Source of the DNA: an uncultured Gemmatimonadaceae bacterium
Lineage (GTDB): Bacteria > Gemmatimonadota > Gemmatimonadetes > Gemmatimonadales > GWC2-71-9
Direction of reading: 5' to 3'
DNA length: 49,700 nucleotides
Assembly (NCBI GenBank): GCA_964446395.1
Contig: CAYUOK010000002.1
Location: 1-49,700, forward strand
The position numbers were made by a program, and so were the translations under genes. Below, one piece after another: positions 25,653 through 34,414 of this stretch (the first letter of the stretch is position 1; the number at the start of each line of letters is the position of its first letter). The notes under the pieces are model-generated. The model did not search any database. It was not told the origin of the DNA and saw only the letters and a list, made by a program, of their open reading frames with translations.

Positions 25653-26402
25653 TCAGGGCAGTTCGGCTCCGGGCTTTCCGCCCCCGGCTGACCCTCTGCT
25701 CCCGCCACCGCCCGATGTGGAGCGGGAATAGTCGCCGGCGGCGTGGGCAGTGCTCGGCGCTGAGCCGCCGAAGTTGCCGGACCCCCCGTAGGCAGGGCCG
25801 GCAGAACTGGAGGTCCGTGCTCCTGCTCCTGCGGAACTCCGAGAGCCACCCACGCTCGCAGCCTCCGCGAGTTCCGCTCCTCTCCGCAGCCCGTAACTCG
25901 TCTCGGCGAATTCCCGGTTCTGCTGTTGCTGGACCACGTAGGCGTAGAAGTCGCCCCACGTATAGAAACCGTTCAGGCCGTACGTCCAGCGCCAGGTGCA
26001 CTCGCCACCATAACAGAAGAGTTCGGCCAACCGTTCAGCGCCCGAGGGCGCCAGAACCGGATCACCCAGCCGGACCGTTGCCGCCGCGGTGAGGAGCAGG
26101 TCGCTGCTGCTATGCACGGGAACATGCCGGCACAGGCCGCCCCAGTAACCGGGACCAAGGCAACCTCGCTCATCCACCCACAGCAGAGACTGGCGGAGCT
26201 GGGTCGCGTGAGGCTTCGCGGCAACGGAAGCCACCGCGAGAATCGGATGCGCAGGGCCGAGGAACAGCTCCCAGACCGATTGATATGTGTCCGGGTAAGC
26301 CGCTCTAGCGGGCGCGGGCGGGGGGGGCTCGTCGTGGGCCACTGGAGTCGATCCAGACGGCCCTTGCAAGAGTACCCAGGCGAGGAGGAGTGGAGCGGTC
26401 AT
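25653..26402 (-). CDS. secreted Cys/aromatic-rich protein with Gly/Ser-rich tail (paralog A)
   Basis: GGAGG lies 5 nt upstream of the ATG. The signal 'MTAPLLLAWVLLQGP' is shared with ORF 26533..27108. I recognise no homology. Confidence 0.55.
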   Translation of the reverse strand: MTAPLLLAWVLLQGPSGSTPVAHDEPPPPAPARAAYPDTYQSVWELFLGPAHPILAVASVAAKPHATQLRQSLLWVDERGCLGPGYWGGLCRHVPVHSSSDLLLTAAATVRLGDPVLAPSGAERLAELFCYGGECTWRWTYGLNGFYTWGDFYAYVVQQQQNREFAETSYGLRRGAELAEAASVGGSRSSAGAGARTSSSAGPAYGGSGNFGGSAPSTAHAAGDYSRSTSGGGGSRGSAGGGKPGAELP

Positions 26403-26465
26403 GCGAGCCTCCGGAGCTGCCTCCAACGTACGGTGCGGTCCGGTGGCACACAAGAGCCGAAAGAA

Positions 26466-26498
26466 GCGGGCCCCGGCGCTCTTGCCCCGGGGCCCCGC
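26466..26498 (-). terminator. intrinsic terminator after paralog B
   Basis: 'GCGGGCCCCGG...CCGGGGCCCCGC' forms the hairpin. The minus strand continues 'CTTCTTTCGGCTCTTGTG'. Confidence 0.7.
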
Positions 26499-26532
26499 TT
26501 GCCTACGCTCGCCTCGGTGTAAGCGGCGCCTC

Positions 26533-27108
26533 TTACTGTCGGTCACCCCGCTTGGCTGGCGCGGAGGACTTGGTCGTGGCCCCTCCCGTGGAGCTCCGCG
26601 GAGCGGGGGTGTACATCCCGCCACTGAAATTCGACGACGCCCCGGCGGGGCGCGGTTGCGCCTGTGTGCCGCCCGACCCGGCCTGCGCTGTGCTTGCAGC
26701 CGAGGGCTGAGCCGTCGCAGGCTGCGTCCGCTGCGCCTCGAGGCGTCGACTCTCGTTGGCGCGCACGGCAGCCCGGACGCGGATTTCCATTTCCTTCGCG
26801 ATATCCTGCTGCACCTGCCAGAGCAGATAGTCCTCGCGCGCACCCCCGATGATCGTGCCGTTACGGAGCGCCCTGAGGGAACAGTATTCGACGCCGGCGA
26901 TGTACGTGTAGTACACGCAAGGCGCTGGTGCTACCGCAATGGGGCCGCCGGACGCGGGACCAGCCGGGGCCAGTTCGGACCGGACCTGAATTCCCCTGGC
27001 AAGCACAGGCACGGGGGTCTTCGGCAGCGCAAGAGCACTATCGTCAACCTGAGCCGTGGACGTCGGTCCCTGGATCAGCACGAGCGCGAGGAGGAGTGGA
27101 GCTGTCAT
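26533..27108 (-). CDS. secreted protein with Gln/Ser/Ala-rich tail (paralog B)
   Basis: The signal is 'MTAPLLLALVLIQGP'. The SD, 5'-UTR and upstream terminator duplicate those of paralog A. Confidence 0.55.
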   Translation of the reverse strand: MTAPLLLALVLIQGPTSTAQVDDSALALPKTPVPVLARGIQVRSELAPAGPASGGPIAVAPAPCVYYTYIAGVEYCSLRALRNGTIIGGAREDYLLWQVQQDIAKEMEIRVRAAVRANESRRLEAQRTQPATAQPSAASTAQAGSGGTQAQPRPAGASSNFSGGMYTPAPRSSTGGATTKSSAPAKRGDRQ

Positions 27109-27175
27109 GCGGAGCCTCCGAGGTTGATGCCAAGGTAGGGTCTGGTCCCGGTGCGCACAACAGGCAAAAGCCAGA

Positions 27176-27203
27176 GGGCCCCGGAGCGCTCGCCCCGGGG
27201 CCC
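27176..27203 (-). terminator. intrinsic terminator after the DUF4384 gene
   Basis: GGGCCCCGG (27176-27184) pairs with CCGGGGCCC (27195-27203), 7 nt past the stop. The minus strand continues 'CTTTTGCCTGTTGTG'. Confidence 0.7.
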
Positions 27204-27210
27204 CCCGCCC

Positions 27211-28806
27211 CTACCGTCCCCGCCGCCCGCCACCACCGCCACCGCCACCAGACGGTGCGGCACTGCCCCGACCGCCGCCGCCCCCTCCACCACCACTACT
27301 GGGCCGGGCTCCGCCGCCGCCACTCGGACGACTGCCCCCAGCGCTGCCTCCGCCGCTCCGCACCGCCGGCGACCCGCCCGAGGATCGACCCTGCGGCTGG
27401 GCGCTTGGCTGGCCGCCGGAACCGGAGCGACGGGATGGGCTTGCGCCGCCGCTTCGAGACCCAGTCGCCCCTCCCGGACTGGGGTTGGCAGTCCGTCCGC
27501 TACCAGGGGCGGAGGGTGAGATTCTCGGCCGGTCTCCAACCGAGGGCCGCGGCGAGCCGTCCGAACTCCAGCCCCGGGCACGCGCCGCCCCTCCCCCGTT
27601 GCTGGGCTCGGAGCGGGTGCGGGTCGATGGAGCCGCCTGCCCCGAGGGCGCGCGCCTGGCCCCGCCAGGGTTGGCTCCCGTGGCCGCCCCACCAGTGGCA
27701 CCAGTCGTCGGGCGGCGGGCAGCGCCGCCGGCCGATGCGCCGGTCCGGCCAGACTCGGCATTCGGCGCGGGGCGGGCGGCCGGCCGGCGGCCGGCCTCGG
27801 CACGGCCCGTGACAGTTGCGGCGTCGGTCCGGAGCCTGTCCGTGCCCGTCAGGCCGTAGCTCGGCCGGTCACGATAGGTGCTCTGAAAGACGGAAGACTG
27901 GGGCGCGAAATTGTCTCCCCGCGGCCGGTACGGATTTCCGGGAGAAGTGATGGTGCCGCCAGGCTTGAAGGTGTACGGGCGGTACCCTGTTCCCGCATAG
28001 CCATACCCTGGGTAACCGGGATGGTAGCCAGGATAGCCATACCCAGGATAGCCGTAGCCAGGGTAGCCATACCCGGGATAGCCCCAACCGTAGGCCGGGT
28101 ACCCCCAGCCGTAGGCCGGATAGCCCCAACCATAGGCGGGATAGCCCCAGCCGTACGCCGGGTAGCCCCAGCCGTATCCATACCAGGGGTCGTAGCAGCA
28201 TCCAAAACCGAACCCGATGCCGATGCTCCAGCCCCCGGTGTAGTAGGTCGGCCAGGGCCAGCCAGAGACACCGATGTAGGTGGTGGGCGCCTCGGAGACG
28301 AAATCGGCGAGTGAATAGACGATGTACCGATCCACGGCGTAGTCGAAGCCCTGGTCGGTGAAGCGCAGGACGAAGTCCGTGAGCTGGCTCTCGGGATCCT
28401 CGCTGGCATTGTACTGGTCGAAAACGGTGTAATCCCAGTGATCGGCGCGCACGAATTCAGCAAAGCGGAACTGGGACTTCGACCAAGCGGCGTAGACCAT
28501 TCCGCCACCGCCGGCCTGATCGAGATAGAACGCACCCCGGTCGTCACGGCCGACGATCTTGTAGGTCTTTCCTCCGCGAATGAAGTTGTCGTCGCCTGGA
28601 TCGAGTGGGAAAAGGACGCGGATGCGTCCGTCCTGGTCGGCCCGGAGGAGGAGAACGTACCCGTCAGCGGCGGCCCGGAACTGCACCTGCGCGTACTCGC
28701 CGCGGCTGTACTGGCCGCCGTCGCTGAGCGAAACCGTGATCGGGGGAGGCGGCCCGTCAACAAGGGACGCCGCAACCGCAATTGACGCGAACAGGGTGGT
28801 GAGCAT
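27211..28806 (-). CDS. DUF4384-domain secreted protein with aromatic-Gly-Pro repeats and a long Arg/Gly/Ser tail
   Basis: AGGAGGG lies 3 nt upstream of the ATG, and a short signal peptide follows. 'GEYAQVQFRAAADGYVLLLRADQDGRIRVLFP' is DUF4384-like (recollection). A terminator lies directly after the stop. Confidence 0.75.
   Translation of the reverse strand: MLTTLFASIAVAASLVDGPPPPITVSLSDGGQYSRGEYAQVQFRAAADGYVLLLRADQDGRIRVLFPLDPGDDNFIRGGKTYKIVGRDDRGAFYLDQAGGGGMVYAAWSKSQFRFAEFVRADHWDYTVFDQYNASEDPESQLTDFVLRFTDQGFDYAVDRYIVYSLADFVSEAPTTYIGVSGWPWPTYYTGGWSIGIGFGFGCCYDPWYGYGWGYPAYGWGYPAYGWGYPAYGWGYPAYGWGYPGYGYPGYGYPGYGYPGYHPGYPGYGYAGTGYRPYTFKPGGTITSPGNPYRPRGDNFAPQSSVFQSTYRDRPSYGLTGTDRLRTDAATVTGRAEAGRRPAARPAPNAESGRTGASAGGAARRPTTGATGGAATGANPGGARRAPSGQAAPSTRTRSEPSNGGGAARARGWSSDGSPRPSVGDRPRISPSAPGSGRTANPSPGGATGSRSGGASPSRRSGSGGQPSAQPQGRSSGGSPAVRSGGGSAGGSRPSGGGGARPSSGGGGGGGGRGSAAPSGGGGGGGGRRGR
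27982..28185 (-). repeat. in-frame 21-bp and 15-bp tandem repeats encoding (GWGYPAY)x5 and (GYGYP)n
   Basis: Plus-strand units 'GTAGGCCGGGTACCCCCAGCC' and 'CCAGGATAGCCATAC' were read directly from the sequence. They encode 'YGYGWGYPAYGWGYPAYGWGYPAYGWGYPAYGWGYPGYGYPGYGYPGYGYPGYHPGYPGYGY'. Confidence 0.9.
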
Positions 28807-28958
28807 GTGCCCTCCTGGCAGTACCGGCCGGGCTCTCGGTGAGTCCGTCTGCGATCCCTATCGCCAACAGCGAGGGTCGTGCCAAGATTAAACACGTTGT
28901 ATTGCAACAACTTAAGAATGGAGCGAAGCTCGCCTCCGTCCGGGCGAGTGGACGGATC

Positions 28959-29393
28959 TCAGCCCTCCCGTCCCCCCGCCCACCGGTGCCAGTACATCCG
29001 GAGTTCAGTGATCTTGCCGTCGGCCGTTTCGCAGAACATCGCCCCTCGCGCCTCGACCCACTCCCCGGTACGCCTGCGCCGGAAGGTGACCTTGTATTCG
29101 GCGGAGAACCAAGGGCCCACGCTGAAGATCTCGCCGCTGGTGAAGGTGACCTCGGCCTGGTGCACCGGAACATCCCGCCAGTAGTTCAGGATGGCTTCCC
29201 GGCCCTTCCGCGGGTGGGCGAACGGGGTCTCGATGAAGACCGCGTCGTCGCTGAAGACCGACATCAGCAGCGGCACGTCGCCCTTGGCCCAGCCCTTGCC
29301 AAAGGTGTCGACAAGAATGCGGCCCAGCCCGGCGGTATCGGTCGCGGCGCTTGCCGCCGGCGTCACGGGGTCCGACATTGGGGTCATCTCCAT
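28959..29393 (-). CDS. SnoaL/NTF2-like fold protein
   Basis: The internal ATG gives 'MEMTPMSDP'. 'GREAILNYWRDV...FSAEYKVTF...GKITELRMYWH' shows the typical NTF2-like pattern. Confidence 0.7.
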   Translation of the reverse strand: MEMTPMSDPVTPAASAATDTAGLGRILVDTFGKGWAKGDVPLLMSVFSDDAVFIETPFAHPRKGREAILNYWRDVPVHQAEVTFTSGEIFSVGPWFSAEYKVTFRRRRTGEWVEARGAMFCETADGKITELRMYWHRWAGGREG

Positions 29394-29412
29394 GCGTTCG
29401 AATCTATCACTC

Positions 29413-32025
29413 ATGAGCGGGGGCTGCACCCTCGTGGCGCTCGCGCTGGGCCTCGGCGTGGCGCCAGCCGCCGCACAAGGGCGCTGCCCCGAGGGAACCG
29501 CCGCCCTCCTCGATGCGGGATGGCGCGCATACCGGGCGGACTCACTCGACGCGGCAGCGGCGCGGTTCGACCCCCTGGCCCGCTGCGGATCGAACGGCGG
29601 CGTGATCGGTCTCGGTTTCGTGGAACTCCGCCGCGGTCGACTGACCACTGCGGACTCCCTATTCGCCACCGCGCTGGCCCGCGACTCGTCGCTCGTCGAC
29701 GCGTGGGAGGGGGCGGCGAGGACGGCCTGGCGGCGCGGCGACGCCGCCGCGACCGAGCGTGCCGCGCGGCGTGCGCTCGCGCTGGCGCCGGGACGGGCAG
29801 ACCTGAGCGCTCTCCTCACCGACGCCGCACCCGACTCGGACCGTCCCCCGCTGGCGCCGCGGCAGAGACCGGACACCCTCACGCTCGTGTCCCGGACCGT
29901 CGGGACGGGGTTCGAGGTGCGGGACGCGATGGGGCGCTGGGTCCCCTTCTACATGCAGGGGGTGAACCTCGGTGTGGCGCTTCCGGGCAAGTTCCCCTCC
30001 GAGTTTCCGAAGGACTCCGCGACCTACGCGGGCTGGCTCGACACGCTGTCCGCCATGAACGCCAACGTGGTCCGGACATACACGATCCTTCCCCCCTCCT
30101 TTTACCGGGCTCTCCGTGCGTGGAACCTGACGCACCCGCGGCAGCCGCTCTGGCTCGTGCAGGGGGTCTGGACCGAGTTGCCTCCCGATCATGACTTCGA
30201 CGATCCGGCCTGGAAGGGCGCCTTCCGGTCGGAAATGCGGCGCGTGGTGGACCTGATCCACGGTTCGGTGGAGTTGCCATCCCGCCCGGGCCACGCCTCG
30301 GGCCGGTACGATGCGGACGTGTCGCGGTGGACGGCGGCGTACATCATCGGCCGTGAGTGGGAACCGTTTGCGGTCAAGGCCTACGACTCGCTGCATCCCG
30401 GCGACATCCGGTATGCGGGCCGCTACCTGGCCGCCGATGCGGCACCCGCCATGGATGCCTGGATGGCGGAGCAATGCGATTACCTGCTCGCCTACGAGGC
30501 AGACCGCTGGAACGCGCTGCGCCCCATTGCTTACACGAACTGGCCGACGCTCGACCCGCTGTATCACCCGACGGAATCGAATACGGCGGAGGAACGGGCG
30601 TGGCGCCGACGGAGCGGACGCCCGATCGCGGGCCAGAAGCTCGAGTACGAGAACGACGCGATCGGGCTCGACGCCAACCTGGTGCGTCCGACCGCGAAGA
30701 ACCCGGCGGGGTGGTTCGCGAGCTATCACGCCTACCCGTACTACCCGGACTTCCTCCTGTACGACCCGGGTTACCGGCAGGCGCGCTCGAGCGAGGGCCC
30801 ATCGAACTACTTCGGCTACCTGAGCGACCTCCGCCGTCACCACGCCGGCATTCCGTTCGTCATCTCGGAATACGGCGTCCCTTCGAGCCGGGGGAACGCC
30901 CACCGGCAGCCCCAGCGATGGGACCACGGCGGTCACGACGAGGTCGCGATGGCCGCCATCGACGCGCGCCTTACCAGGGAAATCCGCGAGAGCGGCGCCG
31001 CGGGTGCCATCATCTTCGCCTGGATGGATGAGTGGTTCAAGAAGAACTGGATCGTCATTGATTTCGAGCAGCCGGCCGAGCGAAACCGGCTCTGGCTGAA
31101 CGCGATGGACGCCGAGCAGAACTACGGCATCCTCGGGCAGTATCCCGGTGAGCGCGGAACCAGCCCGACGCTCGGAGGCGACCCAGCGCGCTGGCGGGCG
31201 CTCGAGCCCGTGCAGTCCGGCGGCGGGCGGGTGAAGTCCTTCCGCGCCGGCAGCGACGAGGGGTACCTCTACCTGGCGATCGAGCTGCCCGAAGGCCCGA
31301 TCGACTGGGACTCGCTCGGGATCCTGGTGGCGATCGACACCTACCGGCCCGGAGCGGGGCAGCTGACCCTTCCCGGCGCGATGCTGCGGAGCGAAATCGG
31401 CTTCGAGTTCCTGCTGGAGCTCCGGGGCCCCGCGGACGCCACGCTCCGCATCCTGCCCGCTTACAACCCGTATGCGGGGGAAGCCGTCATCCTGCAGGGC
31501 GACGACTTCGGCCGGTTCTACCGGCGACCCGCGACGATCGGCACGGAAACCGACGGGCGGTTCGACCCGATGTTCGTCATCACGAACCGGGCGCGGTTCG
31601 GGCGCGACGGGACTTTCTATCCCGCGCAGGGTTACGACAGGGGTGTGCTCTGGTTCGGGACATCCGCTGAGAGTTCCCTCGCCGACTGGTATGCCGATCC
31701 GGCTGCCGGCCTGCTCGAGATCCGGCTTCCGTGGGGACTCCTGAACGTGACCGACCCCTCGAGCCGGACGGTCCTTTTTGATCGCGGCGACCAGCTGGAA
31801 GGTGAATTCGGCACCGCGGTGACCGACGGGTTCCGGATGGGGGTGGTCGTCTACGACAAGTCCAACCCGCAAGCCCCGGTCGCCTCACTTCCCGCTGCGG
31901 TGGACGGCCGATGGCGGTCGGCAGATTTCACCACGTGGACCTGGGCCCCCTGGGAGGCCCCGACGTCGCACGGGCGGCTCAAGCCGGTGTACGATTCACT
32001 GCAGGCGACATGGAAGCCACGGTGA
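29413..32025 (+). CDS. secreted TPR protein fused to a clan GH-A-like (beta/alpha)8 glycosidase-like domain
   Basis: The signal peptide is 'MSGGCTLVALALGLGVAPAAAQG', with an alternative ATG at 29392. A TPR-like N-terminus is followed by candidate acid/base 'IIGREWEP' and nucleophile 'FVISEYGVPS' motifs. The family assignment is an inference. Confidence 0.65.
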   Translation: MSGGCTLVALALGLGVAPAAAQGRCPEGTAALLDAGWRAYRADSLDAAAARFDPLARCGSNGGVIGLGFVELRRGRLTTADSLFATALARDSSLVDAWEGAARTAWRRGDAAATERAARRALALAPGRADLSALLTDAAPDSDRPPLAPRQRPDTLTLVSRTVGTGFEVRDAMGRWVPFYMQGVNLGVALPGKFPSEFPKDSATYAGWLDTLSAMNANVVRTYTILPPSFYRALRAWNLTHPRQPLWLVQGVWTELPPDHDFDDPAWKGAFRSEMRRVVDLIHGSVELPSRPGHASGRYDADVSRWTAAYIIGREWEPFAVKAYDSLHPGDIRYAGRYLAADAAPAMDAWMAEQCDYLLAYEADRWNALRPIAYTNWPTLDPLYHPTESNTAEERAWRRRSGRPIAGQKLEYENDAIGLDANLVRPTAKNPAGWFASYHAYPYYPDFLLYDPGYRQARSSEGPSNYFGYLSDLRRHHAGIPFVISEYGVPSSRGNAHRQPQRWDHGGHDEVAMAAIDARLTREIRESGAAGAIIFAWMDEWFKKNWIVIDFEQPAERNRLWLNAMDAEQNYGILGQYPGERGTSPTLGGDPARWRALEPVQSGGGRVKSFRAGSDEGYLYLAIELPEGPIDWDSLGILVAIDTYRPGAGQLTLPGAMLRSEIGFEFLLELRGPADATLRILPAYNPYAGEAVILQGDDFGRFYRRPATIGTETDGRFDPMFVITNRARFGRDGTFYPAQGYDRGVLWFGTSAESSLADWYADPAAGLLEIRLPWGLLNVTDPSSRTVLFDRGDQLEGEFGTAVTDGFRMGVVVYDKSNPQAPVASLPAAVDGRWRSADFTTWTWAPWEAPTSHGRLKPVYDSLQATWKPR

Positions 32026-32062
32026 CGATGATCGGTCCCTCCCCATTGCGGCCGGAGCTGAC

Positions 32063-33637
32063 GTGAACAGCACCTCCAAGCGGCTCCTCGTGGCCGCGGC
32101 ATTCCTGCTGGTTCCGGCCGCCGCCTCGGCACAGGTCGCGGAGGCCGATGCCGCCTGGAACCAGGGGCGCTACGGCGCGGCTCGCGAGGCGTACCTTCGC
32201 GCGTTGACGCAGGACCCTGCGTCCGTCCGGGCGAGCTACCGGCTCGGCGTCCTCGCCGCTTGGGACGGCAACCTCGACTCCGCGCTGACCTATCTCGCAC
32301 AGGCACGCGCCGCGGATCCCGACGATCCTGACGTGCGCGCCATGCAGGCGCAGGTGCTCAGCTGGGCCGGGCGCTACCCTGAGGCGATCGCCAAGTGGGA
32401 CAGTCTCATCGCGCTGTACCCGGACCGGCTCGACGGGCTGGCCGGGAAAGCTCGCACCCTTTCTTGGGACGGTCAGGAGCGGGAGGCGGACTCACTCTAT
32501 CGAGTAGTGCTCGAGCGCGACCCGACGAACGGCGACGCGCTGGTCGGCGCGGCGCAACTCGCGTACTGGGACGGCAGGACGAAGGAGGCGATCGAAGGGT
32601 ACGAGCGCGCCCTCTCCTACCGCCCGGGCGACGTTGCCGCACGCTCGGGCCTGGCCCAGGTCTACCTGGCGACCGGCCGGCAGCTCGATGCCCAGGCCGA
32701 GGCGGACAGCGCCGTCGCGATCGCCCCGGGCAATCGTGAGGCGGTGCGGGCCCAGACCAGCATCGGACGAACGGTGCAGTCCTCCGCCGACCTGACGCTT
32801 GGTTGGAGCGACGACTCCGATGACAACGTGATGTGGTGGCAGGTCATTTCCGCCACGACGCCGCTCTCGAACCGGGTGCGTGGCTTCGGGTCGGTGGGTG
32901 CGTTCGAGGGAAGCAGCACGCCTGCAGTCACCGCCGCGCGCGGCGCCGCCGAGTGGGGCGCCACCTACACGCAGGATCGCTGGCAGCTGACCGGAGCCTT
33001 CGGGGTACAGGGGCTCTGGCCCGAGGCGGGTATGACGAGGAGCGTCCTGACCGGGCGGCTGGGCGCGAACTACCGCATCCAGCCGGATGTCGCCGTCGGG
33101 GTGAGCTACGCGCACTTCCCCTTCGCGGAGACCGCCTACCTGATCGGCTCGGGCATCGACATCGATGCCGCGGACGCCACCGTGGACGCCACCCTGGGTT
33201 CCGGCCTTTCCCTCAGCGCCGGCGGCGGCGCGGGCTGGTACAGCGACGGCAACCAGCGAGGCTCGGCGGTGCTGGCCGTGACGAAGCAACTCCCACGGCA
33301 TTTCTTCGCCGGCGGGCTCGCCAGGATGGTGTGGTATGAGGAAACGGAGGCGGGGTACTTCTCGCCTGACCGCTTCACGGTGGTGGAAGCGCGCGGAGGG
33401 TATGCGCGCGTCGGGCAGGACTGGGAGACGCGCCTGAGCGCCGGCGCGGGCGTGCAGCAGATCACCAGCAGCGGCACCTGGGAGTTCGAGGGCCACATCG
33501 AGGGTCGCGCGGCCTGGTGGTTCTCCAGGTGGAACCGGATCGAAGCCTTCGCGGGGGTCAGCAACAGCGCGTACCTCTCGGCGACGGGCGCGTACCGGTG
33601 GGGCACGGCGGGGCTGGTCTTCCGCCTCGGGCTTTGA
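32063..33637 (+). CDS. TPR-repeat plus C-terminal beta-barrel outer-membrane protein (PgaA/PelB/BcsC-like architecture)
   Basis: A GTG start follows GGAG. A signal peptide and about 220 aa of TPR are followed by alternating beta-strand-like sequence ending in an aromatic ('GLVFRLGL'). Confidence 0.65.
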   Translation: MNSTSKRLLVAAAFLLVPAAASAQVAEADAAWNQGRYGAAREAYLRALTQDPASVRASYRLGVLAAWDGNLDSALTYLAQARAADPDDPDVRAMQAQVLSWAGRYPEAIAKWDSLIALYPDRLDGLAGKARTLSWDGQEREADSLYRVVLERDPTNGDALVGAAQLAYWDGRTKEAIEGYERALSYRPGDVAARSGLAQVYLATGRQLDAQAEADSAVAIAPGNREAVRAQTSIGRTVQSSADLTLGWSDDSDDNVMWWQVISATTPLSNRVRGFGSVGAFEGSSTPAVTAARGAAEWGATYTQDRWQLTGAFGVQGLWPEAGMTRSVLTGRLGANYRIQPDVAVGVSYAHFPFAETAYLIGSGIDIDAADATVDATLGSGLSLSAGGGAGWYSDGNQRGSAVLAVTKQLPRHFFAGGLARMVWYEETEAGYFSPDRFTVVEARGGYARVGQDWETRLSAGAGVQQITSSGTWEFEGHIEGRAAWWFSRWNRIEAFAGVSNSAYLSATGAYRWGTAGLVFRLGL

Positions 33638-33652
33638 GCTCCGCCGACTCCG

Positions 33653-34414
33653 CTACTCCGGGCCCGCCGAACCGAGCGGGTGCTCGAAGCTCAGGTAAAG
33701 AAGGACCGCATCGGCCTCCTCGCGCCGGGCCAGCGCAATCGGGAAGGAGAAGCCTGGCACGATCTGCAGGGCGCCAGCGTTGATCGCAAATCGTGCCCCG
33801 GGGTTGACGATGTAGACCGGCGGCGTCCCCTCCTGGCCCACCCAGATCCCCTCGACGAGCAGGTTGACGGTGGGTGTCGCCAGCCAGACGACGCTCGCCC
33901 CCGCGCTCGCGATCGGCTTGAAGGGCCCAAGCGTGACACCGAGGTTCCAGTGCGTCACAATCGATGAGGTGAGCACGGCGGTCATCGGCAGCGCGGCCTG
34001 GGCACCGAGGCCTGCCGGGCTGCCACCGGGACCGTCCTCCGCCTGGAGCCAGAGCGCCGACAGCCGCGGCGCCACGAGAAGGCGGGACTCAGGCCCGCCC
34101 ACGAGTTGCCGCCGGTAGCCGAGTTCGACGTCCCCGAACCGAGTGCCCCCACTCGCATCGAGGGCCGCCAGGCTCAGACTCAGTTGATCGCGCATCCCGC
34201 CCAGCGGCCATTCCTCGTCGACGCCCGCCGCCCACCCGCCCTTGCGTCCCATGGCGAACGTGCCGACGTGCTGCACAACCCCACCATCCTGGTTGTAGGC
34301 CTCCTCGACGAGAAAACTGTTGTCGCGGATGGGCGCCGCCGCCTGGCCCTGCAGGGCATGGGGGGCAGCCAGGCAGAGCGCCACACCTGCCCCAGCCACG
34401 AGGCTCAGAGCCAT
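33653..34414 (-). CDS. outer-membrane beta-barrel protein co-transcribed with mntH
   Basis: The signal is '[24 protein letters not shown]'. Amphipathic strands run to a C-terminal '[10 protein letters not shown]'. The start overlaps the mntH stop by 10 nt. Confidence 0.6.
   Translation of the reverse strand: MALSLVAGAGVALCLAAPHALQGQAAAPIRDNSFLVEEAYNQDGGVVQHVGTFAMGRKGGWAAGVDEEWPLGGMRDQLSLSLAALDASGGTRFGDVELGYRRQLVGGPESRLLVAPRLSALWLQAEDGPGGSPAGLGAQAALPMTAVLTSSIVTHWNLGVTLGPFKPIASAGASVVWLATPTVNLLVEGIWVGQEGTPPVYIVNPGARFAINAGALQIVPGFSFPIALARREEADAVLLYLSFEHPLGSAGPE

Noticed and set aside
28807-28958. An AT-rich patch upstream of the DUF4384 gene ('AAGATTAAACACGTTGTATTGCAACAACTTAAGAATGG') was considered as a defined promoter or operator.
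   Set aside because: The -35 and -10 hexamers I could fit (TTAAGT-17-TTTAAT on the minus strand) are weak, and the GTTG..CAAC palindrome is only 4 bp. A promoter probably lies here, but I cannot place it confidently.
29659-31872. A 737-aa minus-strand ORF lies opposite the TPR-glycosidase gene.
   Set aside because: It has the same GC-artefact composition and no motifs. The plus-strand frame has a signal peptide, TPR-like repeats and GH-like motifs.
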